Positions 39,386-51,365 of a DNA stretch of 64,000 nucleotides are shown piece after piece; within the stretch, counting starts at the first letter, position 1; every line of letters starts with the position of its first letter. Location: contig NW_024704743.1 of assembly GCF_018977255.1 (NCBI RefSeq), positions 71,116,001 through 71,180,000 of the forward strand. Direction: 5' to 3'. The position numbers and the translations under genes were made by a program. The notes under the pieces were generated by a model. That model ran no database searches. It had not been told where the DNA came from and was given only the letters and a program-made list of their open reading frames with translations. The stretch comes from Callorhinchus milii. Its lineage: Eukaryota.

Positions 39386-40870
39386 ATGAAACCGACCACC
39401 TGCTCCCTCGATCCCATCCCTTACCCTCTCCTTACCTCCCAGCTCCACCTCCCTACCCCTCTACTCACAGAAATCATAAATCTCTCCCTGTCCACTGGTA
39501 CTGTTTCCACCTCATTAAAAACGTACGTCAGCACTCCTATCCTTAAAAAAAATTCTGAACCAATCACTGCTCTCAAATTACCGCCCCATCTCCAACCTCC
39601 CTTTCCTCTCCAAGGTGCTGGAACAAGTTGTTGCTTCGCTCCTTCCTCTCCCACCACTCCCGTCACTAACCCCTCTAATCAGTTTCCTGTGCCACCTACA
39701 GCACAGAAACAGCCCTGGTCAAAGTGACAAATGACATTCTGTCCATCTGCGACCAGGGCTTCCCCAGCCTCCTCATCCTCCTTGACCTCTCTGCTGCCTT
39801 CGACACCGTTGATCACTCTATCCTCATCCATCGTCTCTCCTCTCACTTCAACCTCCATGGTTCTGTCTTTGAATGGTTCAGATCGTACGTGCCACACTGT
39901 CTCCACTTCATATCCACAAATGGTTTCTCCTCTAGCCCCTGCGCTCTCTCATGCAGTGTTCCTCAGGGCTCTGTCCGTGGTCCCCTTCTCTTCAATATCT
40001 ATATGCTCCCTCTTGGTGACATCATTCGCAGACATGGGGTCAACTTCCACATTGTATGCGGATGACACCCAACTCTATCTCTCTGCCTCCACCCTTGACT
40101 GCAGGACCACTGCTGTTCTGACTGAATGTCTGTCAGACATCAAGTCCTGGATGAGAGCTAACATTCTTCAGTTGAACATCAACAAGACCGAGGCTCTCCT
40201 GATTGGCTCCCGTCAGTGTCTCCACACCTCAGGCACTGACAGCATCACCATCCATGGTTGCACACTCCACCTCACTAAGCCAGTCCGGGAACTTGGAATC
40301 TTGTTTGACCCTCAACGACCCTTTCTACCCCGCATCCATGCCATGACCTGCTCTGCCTTGCCCCACTTCCGCAGCCCGTGTTCTCTCCCTCTCCAGCCTC
40401 TGTGATCCTATCAAACCCATCCTCACCCAACTCCACTGACTTTCCATTACAGAGAGCATACAGTTCAAGATCCTGGTCCTCACCTTCAAAGCCCTCCATG
40501 GTCTTGCTCCCCCTCCCTCTGCGACCTCCTTACCCCCTGCTATTCTGCCCACTCCTTCCGCTCAATGGGCTCCGGCCTGCTTCACGTGTCCCACCTCGCC
40601 CGCTCCACCATTGGCACGCCTTCTGCCACTCTGCCCCCACCCTCTGGAACTCCATCCCGCAGTCCCTCCGCCTCGCCCCCTCCCTTGCCTTCTTCAAGAC
40701 CCATCTCAAGACCCTCTTTGACTGTGCTTTCAATCTCCCTGCTTCCCTCCCCACCCTCCACCCTCCCCTATCCCGATCCCCAGCTCGGGTCCAAAACACT
40801 GACTGTCCAGCGCCTTGGGACATCCTCCCGACGTGGAAGGCACTATACAAATGTAGTTTTGTTGTTGTTA
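39386..40870 (+). mobile_element. 5'-truncated, frameshifted L2 LINE
   Basis: ORF pieces [30 protein letters not shown] and [10 protein letters not shown]; (TTG)n tail. Confidence 0.93.
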
Positions 40871-41461
40871 TTATTTTTGTTGTAGGAACAGAAAAGATAT
40901 TATAGAATTGGAAAGAGTGCAGTGTAGATTTTACCAGGAATGAGTGGATACAGCTTTGATATCAAGAAACACTGGAGAGGTTAGAGCTTTTGTCTTTGGA
41001 GATGACATGATTGAGTTTCGACCTGATAGAGATGTTTAAAATTATGAAAGTAGACACTGTTTCCATTCACTCTCTGGCAGCTCCCTACCTCTCCGACCTC
41101 CTCACTATGCAATTCACCACCCAGTGACTCCACTCAACTGGCACCAGCCTCCTGCTCGTCCCTCGCACCCTCCGCCACACCATCAGAGGTCGCACTTTGA
41201 GCCACAACGCCCCAAAACTCTGGAACACTTTCCCTCAATCCCTCCACCTTGCCCCCTCTCTCCCCTTTTTCAAGTCCCGCCTGAAAACTTTCCTCTTCGA
41301 CTGTGCTTACGGCCACCTCCCCCTCTCCCTGGCTCAGAGTCAAGCTCCGCCACTGTTAAGCTCTCTGAGACTCTACCCTGAGTGGGGGGGTGCTATGTAA
41401 GTGCAAGTTGTTGGTATTTTCCCCTCTTTTGGAGAGTCGAAAACTAGAATAACCAGGAGAT

Positions 41462-43697
41462 ACAACAACAACAACAACAACAAGATTCCATTTATAGAGC
41501 GCCTTTCACGTCAGGAGGACGTCCCAAGGCGCTGCACAGTTGGGTCATGACCCGAGCAGGGGGGAAATGGTCAGGGTGAGGGGAGGGAAGGGAGGGAGAG
41601 AGGAGGGGGAAATGGTCAGGGTGAGGGGAAGGAAGGGAGGGAGCGAGGAGGAGGAAGAGAGTCGAGAGGGGAGCTGAAGGCACGGTCAAAGAGAAAGGTT
41701 TTGAGACCGGCCTTGAAGGAGGAAAGGGAGGAAGCAAGGCGAAGGCACTGGGGGATGGAGTTCCAGAGCCTGGGGGCTGAGAGGCTGAAGGCCCGACCAC
41801 CGATAGTAGGGCGGTTGGGGCGGGGGACGTGGAGCAGACCGGAGCCAGAGGAACGGAGGGTACGGGCAGGTAGGTAGGGGGATAGTAGGTTGGAGAGGTA
41901 GGAGGGAGCAAGGCCGTGAATGGCCTTGTAGGTGAGGATGAGGATCTTGAAATCAATCCTCTGGGGGATGGGGAGCCAGTGGAGGCGAGCGAGGGTGGGA
42001 GTGATGTGGTCCCGAAGCCTGGTGCGGGACAGTACACGAGCTGCAGAGTTCTGAATGACCTGCAGCTTGTGGAGGGAGGTGGCGGGAAGGCCGGCGAGGA
42101 GAGAGTTCCCATAGTCCAGCCTTGAGGTGACAAAGGCGTGAACCAGGGTTTCAGCAGCGTGAGGGGTGAGGTAGTGCCGTAATCTGGCGATGTTCCGGAG
42201 GTGATGGAAGGCGGTGCCAGTTGTGGTGCGGATGTGAGGGAGAAAGGACAGCTCAGGGTCGAACAAAACGCCGAGGTTCCTGACTGGCTTTGAGAGGTGG
42301 AGAGTGCAGCCTTGGATGCTGATGGTGTCAGCGCCTGAGGTGCGGAGGCGCTGACGTGAGCCAATCAGGAGGGCCTCGGTTTTTCGCACGTTGAGCTGAA
42401 GAAAGTTGTCTCTCGTCCAGGACTCGATGTCGGACAGGCAGGCTGTCAGGACATCGGTGGTCGTGGAGTTGAGAGTAGAGGAGGAAAGGTAGAGTTGGGT
42501 GTCATCCGCATACATGTGGAAGTTAACCCCATGTTTGCGGATGATGTCACCAAGGGGGAGCATATAGAGGGTGAAGAGGAGGGGACCGAGGACAGAGCCC
42601 TGAGGGACACCACATGAGACAGTACGGGGGGTGGAGGAGAAGCCATTCGTTGAGACGAAGTGAAGACGGTGGGAAAGGTAAGAGCTAAACCATTCAAGGA
42701 CAGTGCCTTGAAGGTTGAGGTGGGAGGACAAGCGGTGGAGTAGGATAGCGTGGTCGACCGTATCGAATGCTGCCGATAGGTCGAGGAGGACGAGGAGACA
42801 GAGGGAGCCCTGGTCACAGATGGTCAGGATATCATTGGTGACCTTGACCAGGGCAGTTTCTGTGCTATGGGCAGCACGGAAACCTGACTGAAGGGGTTCG
42901 AAAGAGAATGGGTGGAGAGGAAAGAGCGCAGTTGGGAGGCGACAACTCTTTCCAAGACCTTGGAGAGAAAGGGGAGGTTGGAGATGGGCCGGTAGCTTGA
43001 TAGCTGCGACGCATCAAGGGAGGGTTTTTTCAGGGTGGGCGTGATGATGGCAGTTTTTAATGGAATGGGGACAGAGCCAGAGGAGAGGGACAGGTTTATG
43101 ATGTCAGTGATGTGTGGGGCAAGAAAGTGGAGCTGGGAGATAAGGAGTGGAGTGGGGATGGGGTCAAGGGAGCAGGTGGTTGGTTTTAGGGATAGGATGA
43201 GTTCAGTGACAGAGGGTGGGGAAACGGGTACGAAGGTGTGTAGGGGAGGATGGGTAGGAGTCGGAGTGTGGGAGGGAAGGGGTGGGTTGTGGGTGGAAGT
43301 TGGAGGGGAAGTGACCGCGGAGCGGATTCCCTTGATCTTGGATTCAAGGAAATCCAGCATCTCCTCGCAGTGAAGGTTGGAGGAGATGACCTGCGCGGGG
43401 TGGCGGGGGGGACGGAGGAGTCGGGATGTGGTGGAAAACAGTAGCCTGGGGTTGTTCTTCGCCTCCAGGATTATCCTGGAGTAGAAGGACGACTTGGCCG
43501 AGGCTAGAGTGGAGCGGTAAATTTTGAGGAGGTCCAGCCAGATTTGTCGGTGGACCGTTAGGCCAGATTTGACAAAGGTGCGCTCAGCAGCCCGCACCTG
43601 GCATTTCAGTGAGCGGAGGTGGGTGGTGTACCAGGGGGAGGAGCGGGAGTAGGAGACAGTGCGGGAAGTGATGGGGGCAAGAGTAAAACAGTTTGGG
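41462..43697 (-). mobile_element. Young 5'-truncated L2 LINE with near-intact ORF2 RT region, inserted in a CR1 fragment
   Basis: ORFs 42824-43711 and 41616-42731 join across one apparent 1-bp deletion near 42903. Motifs [38 protein letters not shown] and YADD are present, with a (CAA)n tail. CR1 sequence resumes at ~43700. Confidence 0.95.
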
Positions 43698-44289
43698 GGG
43701 AACATCTTCACTCAGAGGATGATGAGAATGTGGAACTCATTGCTGGTTGAAGAAGAAAGCATCAGCATATGTAAAAGGAAACTTGATCAATACACAAAGG
43801 AGAACGGAAGACATGATTAGGAGGGTTGAAAGCTGTCAGTACTCTTTATAAAACACTTTCAGAGAATCCTAGCAATTACAGCAGTGGAAGGCTATAGGTC
43901 CCTTCGAGCCTATACTGTTGCTAGCTCCTCCTAGATTTATTTGCTTTGATCCCAAATCAGTGCTTTTTCTCCGTACACTTTAATATTCATCCTCTTCAAG
44001 TGTTGGTCAACTAACTTTTAAATATTACCTGATTCTTGAAAAGCCACTTGGCAAAGCATTCCATATTCTAATACCTCCCTGTGTGGAAAAATATCTATTA
44101 ACTTCCCGCTCAAGTATTCCAGTGGCTATATTGAGGTTATACCCCCCTTGCAATTTACCAGCTAGCAAGAATAATTGTTCCCAGTCTTTCCTCTCAAACA
44201 AATTTTGTTAATGTAGTACATTAATCAGTGTTCCGTGCTGATTTCCTTTGTGATTTATTTAATAAACAATCGGCATTTTAAAGCATTTG

Positions 44290-44480
44290 TTTCTTTTTTA
44301 AAAAAAAATCGCTTTAAACAAAAAGCATTACAGCGAATTTCAGCATTTAGTGCTTTTAATTTGCTTAATGCATTCAAAGTGTATTTTGGAATTGATTTGT
44401 GCTATCATTGAAAGAATGGGCTCCTTTGACTAATTAGTCAAATACACAAGCAACGGTTTATAACAGTAGAAAGACTGCAT
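44290..44480 (+). pseudogene. Degenerate partial duplicate of CTNNAL1 exon 3 with its upstream intron flank
   Basis: 44354-44402 aligns by eye with ~46516-46564, and 44417-44480 aligns with the exon 3 sequence tgggctccttcgacc...gcaacggtttataca. Confidence 0.7.
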
Positions 44481-46578
44481 GTGCTCATTCTATACATAAA
44501 TCAAATAAATCTGATGCAATACTTAATAACGTACAGCAGTGTTCTTTCATATAGATACCAATTTGGATGTTTGGAGAGTTGGAAGTTTCTATTTATACTT
44601 AGCTTAAAGAACATTCAATATTGCACAGAGTAATGGAAGATTCCTTATTTGGAATTTTTAAGAACTGTGAAAATATGTCTTCCAAATTAAGACTGGATTG
44701 AAGAATTTTCATCAATTTTGCAAGTTCTTGCATTTTAAGACACAGTGGTTCAGCAGGCTAAAACAAGGTGAAATTTCAGACCTTGGGACCTTACTGCTCA
44801 ACCCCCAAATTCTGGCAGATCGAAATGGAAATCTCAATCACACCAGTTTATTTCTGCACAGATTGCATTGCAGTTGCTCAGAGACTCTGAATTGTAAGGA
44901 AGAAAGAACCCAAAATGAAAACATGAAGGGACACTGATGGAAAATGTAAGCAAAAGAAAGAGAGTAACTTTAAGATGAATGAAAGGAGTCCTAGAAGCAG
45001 TGGCATGATGTGGGCAGCATTTTGAATCCACCCGGTGCCAACTGTGAGGCTGTGTGAAGATTGACTTGTTTGTCCAAATGGCTATCTTAATTTCCTCTTG
45101 AATTGCAACATGATCTGTGGTCTGATGCCCAAGTGCAGTGTAATTTTCTCAGAAGCACCATTGTGTGAGTAATAGGTGCAGTGGGGTTTACTGACTGTTG
45201 GCTTTCTCCAGGGGCAGCCTGCGGGATAGAGCACTGGCATGGGATTGGGAATCATTGTGTACTATTTGACTCAGCGCTTTAGGATGTCCTTCAAATGTGA
45301 AAGATGCTATATAATGCAATTTGTTCATGTTGACTTGTGAGAGTATAAACCCCATCACGAACTAGTTGAGCTGAATGACCTGTTTCCATGCTCTATAGTC
45401 TTATGTATTTCTCTTCTGTCCACACATATACACACATGTACTAACCAGTCTCTTGGGAGACTTATGGAGAGGAGGTTCACCGCAACTTGTAATAGATTCA
45501 CAATTCTACAGTGTTGTTAATTTTCTTATTTGATGTTCAGTGGCAATTTGACTCAGTTGTTGAACCGTTGCCTCTGAAGCAGAGATTGTGGGTTCAAGCC
45601 CCACACTGGAACTGAACTTGAACTGAACAGCTGACAATCCTGTGACACTCCAATGGGGCAGCGCTGTCCTTTGGATGAAACGTTAAATCGAGATCCTGCC
45701 TGAGCCTGTTCATGTGGATGTTAAAGATCGCATGGCCCTTTTTCGAAAAGAGAAAAGTTTTTTCCTGGTTTCTTAGCCAACAATCCCCCTAAAAAATAAT
45801 TGGTCATTCACTTTATGGCTATTTGTGAGATGTTGCTGTGTACAAATTGGCTCCTGCTTTTGTATACAAAATACTACACTTCACTCAAAACACTTCACAG
45901 TAAATTCCTGTGAAGCACTTTGAGAAATCCTTCCCAAGTAAAAGGCGCTAAATCAAATGCAAAAATTTTATTGTATTACTTTTATTATTAGAAATAGCTT
46001 GATACTGGTGCACAGCTAGCAATCACAAAATAGGACTTTGTTCCATGAAATGATCAAATGATTATCAAATGATCTTTTTCATTTGTGCTTTAATATATTA
46101 CAATTTGCATTTTTATTACACCTTACACATCAGGAGGATGTAAAGCCTTTTGCACAGTTGGCTGGGCACCTGAGCCTGGGAGAGTGTGGGAGCTGAAGAG
46201 GGTGGGGGGACAAAGCTGACCAAAAGGGCACTCAAAGAGGTAAGTCTAGGCAGACTTTGAAAGTGGGGAGGGAGGTGGCAAGTTGGAGGGATGGAGTTCC
46301 AGAGAATAGTCGGAATGGCTGAAAGGTGACCCACCGATAGTAGGTTTGGAAAGGGCGGGGGACAAGAAGCAGCATAAATGAAAAATAAATTTTCTCAATT
46401 AAAAATAATTGTGCAGATATTTTTTTCTGAATACCTTTGTTACATTTCTTGGAGAAGACTTGCAAAGGGCCTTTTTTTAAAAAAGAAAACTGTATGAACA
46501 AGCGCTATTTCGATGTTTTAATTTCCTTAATGCATTTAAAGTATGTTTTTGAATTGATTTGTGTTGCTGTCTGTCTAG

Positions 46579-46766
46579 GAGAGAGTATTGCACAACTAAC
46601 GGATGTGGGCTCCTTCGACCAGCCCGAGTCAGACACAAGAGCAACGGTTTATACAGACAAAACTGGAATGATAAAAGCTGCACGGCTGCTGCTATCCTCT
46701 GTTACGAAAGTGCTGGTGTTGGCAGACAGAGTTGTTGTAAAGCAGATCATAAGCTCGAGAAGCAAG
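46579..46766 (+). CDS. CTNNAL1: Alpha-catulin internal coding exon (probable exon 3), 188 nt
   Basis: Translates (G)ESIAQLTDVGSFDQPESDTRATVYTDKTGMIKAARLLLSSVTKVLVLADRVVVKQIISSRSK. Acceptor is ctgtctgtctag| and donor is AAG|gtacgt; phase 1 to 0, in frame with the previous exon (G|GA = Gly). Confidence 0.95.
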
Positions 46767-47147
46767 GTACGTCAGTTTTTTTTAAAAAAAACGGTTTGCA
46801 GAATGTAGCAATTTATAAAACTTCCATGCAGTAAGTTTGTTGCCCCATATTTTTATATGAAACGAAACTAAGTAAAAACTAATGTGTTCTGCCTATAATG
46901 GCTTGGAAACAAAGCACTAATTAAACGAAAATGTGCTGCCCCTGGGTACACAGTACTAGTTCCACAATATCTGCTTTTCTCCCCATTACAGAATAATCTG
47001 ACAGGTAATTACCTTCCGATATTAATGCAGATACGTGGATTGTTACAGAGATAATTATAGTCTCCGTAATGAGCATATGAGAATGTGAGCTTCCCAATTA
47101 AATGTGGAGTGATTGTTGTCTTTTATGAACGATAGTGAGGCACACGA

Positions 47148-47643
47148 CCCTGGTGAGCCCTGACACACACACACACAGCCCTGGTGAGCAGTGACACACA
47201 CACACACAGCCCTGGTGAGCAGTGACACACACACACACAGCCCTGGTGAGCAGTGACACACACACACACAGCCCTGGTGAGCAGTGACACACACACACAC
47301 AGCCCTGGTGAGCAGTGACACACACACACACACAGCTCTGGTGAGCAGTGACACACACACACAGCCCTGGTGAGCAGTGACACACACACACACACAGCCC
47401 TGGTGAGCAGTGACACACACACACAGCTCTGGTGAGCAGTGACACACACACACAGCCCTGGTGAGCAGTGACACACACAACAACAACAAAATTACATTTA
47501 TAAAGCGCCTTTCACGTCGGGAGGACGTCCCAAGAAGCTGGTTAAAACACACAGCCCTGGTGAGTAGTGACACACACACACACACATCCCTGGTGAGCAG
47601 TGACACACACAGCCCTGATAAGCAGTGACACACACACACACAG
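47148..47643. repeat. Compound minisatellite (GCCCTGGTGAGCAGTGA)(CA)n, ~14 units, interrupted by an L2 tail (~47478-47542)
   Basis: A 17-bp constant core followed by CA tracts of variable length, seen directly. Confidence 0.95.
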
Positions 47644-50600
47644 ACTTGACAAGACGGTGCTCTCAATGACGAGCTATTGCAGTTTTCGGTCATGAGCTTT
47701 GATTCACAAGCTTTCTAGAATTGGGTGAACAGGGAGCACCTCTTCAAGCGAGAGAGTGCGCATTCATAATGGACAAGGCTAATTTCTATGTGTCGGTGGT
47801 TAAGCATGGTGATGGGTTTCCGCATGTGTTAGGCTAATTAAAATAAAAGCCAAAGATTAATGAATAGAAAGTTCTTATCCAAAACTTCAAGGGAACGGGG
47901 CTTTAGAATAACTTGAACTCTGCCTGAATTCAGTGAGGTTTGTTCTTGAAGTTTTGTATATTGTTTAATTTTGTTAATTTTGACGGGGTGGGGGAAAGGG
48001 AGAAATAAAATGCGATAACTTTACAGCAAGTCTAGACGGAAAAGTGAAGTTAACATTTGCCAGATCATTCACACCAAAAAATTTCACCTTATTTCCAATT
48101 CACATGCCTGTCATATGATTCCTGCACATAGTCACTACACTTCAGCAATTGTGTGGCAAGTGCTTTGAGCCATTTTGATGTCCATGCACTATATCAAATG
48201 CAAGTCTTGTTATATATTTTGTTGACCTGCTATGCATTTGCCAGAATGTTCAGTTATTTCAGATTTACATTTTGTTTTCCTTCTTTAAAACAAATAAGCT
48301 TGTGCATTTGCACATTGGCAGCAACAGCTGAAAGCCCTGTGGGGAGCTGCAGTGACTAAAGGTAAATTACCTACAGTATTTAAGGTAAATAACAGCTTTA
48401 CCAAGCTGAATGTCAGCCTGGCTCAGTTGGTAGCACTCTAGCCTCTGAGTCAGAAGATTGTATTCAGGTGTACGCTAAAGATCTCATGGCACTTGAGAAG
48501 AGAAGGGAGTTTCTTTCGTTGTCATGCCCCAGATTTTTTTTAAAAAATGATCATTCACTTCATGGCTCCATGTGGTAACTGTGCAAAAAGGCTGCTGTGT
48601 TTGCCAACAAATACACAGTCACTACACTTCACAGTAATATCTTGTTCAGGTTTCTTACAATGTGATAAGGTGCCAAATGAAATGCAAAAATTATAAACGT
48701 TATTAAGTTGTATTTCTAGCTTTACCCCTCCCTCTGCACAGTGTCATGAAAAAATGAGTTTCAGCCTCTTGCTCCCCACGGTCCTCTCGGGAATATTGTG
48801 CACTGAATGATCTTTACAGATTGTATTTTTTTAAATAATCCCAATAAAAGCTCTCCAGGCAAACAAATGCAGATATGTAATTGAAAGAACCTCTCAGAGG
48901 AATTTAATTTGCACATTTAATTAAACATTAACATCAAAACAGAACTTGAATTGCTTTAAATTATGACCAATATGCTGAGACATGTCTATGCAATGTTGAT
49001 AAGATCCATACTGGCTATTGAGACCTTGACGGATATGAGTTCCTTGCATAAAACTGCTCTGTGCAAATAATCACTCAAAGGGAAACTTAATCCTTGCATT
49101 TGATATAGCGCTTTTCATGTCGGGAGGACGTCCCAAAGTGCTTCACAGAACACACTGTAAAGTGAATTGACTGTATATTTGTGGGCGAATGCGGCAGCCA
49201 ATTGCGCACAGCAATGTCCCACAAACAGTCGTAGATTGAAAATGACCAACTTAACATTGAAAGCTTCCAGTTCTTACTCCAGTGCAAGAAACACTGATTG
49301 TCCAGTGCCTTGGGATGTCCTCCCGACGTGAAAGGAGCTATACAAATATAGGTTCAATGAGCTAAAGTAACCTGAGCTAAATTGTCAACTTGGAATTCTG
49401 TTCTTTTATTTCTGTACAAAAAGACAACCTATACCCTACTGAAGAAAAAATAAAAGGTAGAATCCATAATCAGATAAACTGGCAGTCATTGTCCCAAGAA
49501 TTCATGCAGAATTTCAATTATTAATAATAAATATAATAATAATAATCCTTGCATCTGATATATTGCTTTATAAATAAATGTAAGTTGTTGATATAATGGT
49601 TTCCCGATGAGAGGATATCTAAAAGCGCTTCACAGGATATATTGTAAATAGTCATTGCATTTTGTAGGCGAACACTGCAGACAATTTGCTCAAAGCAATA
49701 TCCCACCATGTTAGCCAGCACTGGCAGAAAAAGAATAAAAATGGAATGAAAGAAATCCCAAGTTAGATATTCAAAAATTCAAATACTGAAAGACAATCAA
49801 ACCTGTTCAAGCAACCACCTCCATTCAGCAACCACCCCTTGTTATAACCTGGAACAGCCCAGTTCACACACCAATGAACACTTACTCAGACTCTACCTTT
49901 ATATAAAGGCCACTTTGGTCCAGTCCCCTGAGCGATTGTTGAAGACAGCTTTGACTGTATCTTCGAAAATGTTGGCATCATCTAATCTCTCAATTAATTG
50001 CTTAGAGTATTTCCCTTCTATTAATTGCTTGATTCCTGATCAACGCTACTTTTCCATTTAAACAAACCATGCCCTTTTGACAGTAATTTGCTGGTTCCTC
50101 GTAGCCAATGACTCAGGTGATTTTCTGCCCTTCATCACCACAAGGGTTCTTCACCGCAAGACGCTGTTCTCTTGTAATGAAACAAATCCTCAACTTTGCT
50201 ATGTTTTGTGATTCTCTTAATACTGCACTTCACTTCAGCTCTTGTTTTAAGAGTGGTGATCCAACACTGTTTACAATAGGCTACCTAAATCTTTAATATA
50301 TCACAAGATTGGTTCAGATGAAGAAAGCCCTTCAGATCTGATCTCATCCTTCCAGAAGAACTACCTTTCCTGACATTCTGTTCCAGTCGTTTCTGTACTG
50401 CGCTCCAAGACGCTATCCCATGTGAAGGGCACTATATGAATGCAAGTTGTTGTTCCTTGTCGTTAATTACTCTCTGGGCAAAGAAAAACTTCCTGGTGTC
50501 TGTCCCGAAATTGCCCTTATCCTCTGCCATCCACATACTGACTCGGACCAAACTCCATTCCCGCATCTCACCAGTTCTGGCCAGGCTCTACTGGCTCCCT

Positions 50601-51365
50601 ATCACCGAACGGATCGACTTCAAGGTACCAGCCTCCTGCTCGTGCCTCACACCCCCCCATCCACACCCCACCACCATCGGAGGTCGTGTTTTCAGCCACT
50701 ACCATCTAAAACCCCACACACCCGGCTCGGAGTCAGGCTCCTCCACTGTTAAGCGTTCTGAGATGGTACCCAAGTTGTTGTTGTTAGTGTACAATCTATA
50801 CTAACAATGGAAATTCAGCAGGTTGAGGTTCTTCTCCACTACCTGAAAACCAATTGTATATCAAGCTAACATTTCTTGAATAGTTACAAGTATTGTTTAT
50901 AACAAATGAGCTTCTCAATCGCTTTGTTCATTTTGTGCCTGATCACATGTCAACTAATAATTACGCGGCAGTTGGGTTTAATGAAATCATTACTTATGTC
51001 TGAATTTCTAACCTCTCCCAGGGATGTAGATCATTCATTAAGATTGACTCAAAAGTTTAGTTATTTTCAGGTTGGTGTTAAGTTTAATCTTCAAGTCCGA
51101 AAGACCTACTTGAGTCTATTTACTGTTTTTTATGTACCCCTGAATTTTCCTGATTGACCAATTCATTTTGGTCTCCTAACCATGCAACTTTTCAGAGCAG
51201 GGTAATTTTAAAATCGAATATACAATTATCTTTCTATACTAAATTGACTTGTTAATGGGGACATGCATCTCTCAAATCCATTCATTCCGCCTCCCAAGCC
51301 ATTAAGAAAGTGGTTGGTATCCACAGGCCACACTCAATTATACTACCTAACTCCTTTCATCTCTT

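Noticed and set aside
41616..43711. Functional reverse transcriptase gene or retron-like system
   Set aside because: It is a 5'-truncated, frameshifted L2 ORF2 lacking ORF1 and the endonuclease N-terminus, and it is one of many dispersed copies.
47148..47643. CRISPR-like array of constant repeats with variable spacers
   Set aside because: The spacers are just (CA)n tracts, there are no cas genes, and the context is a vertebrate intron. It is a minisatellite, and its Cys/Val-rich ORFs are artefacts.
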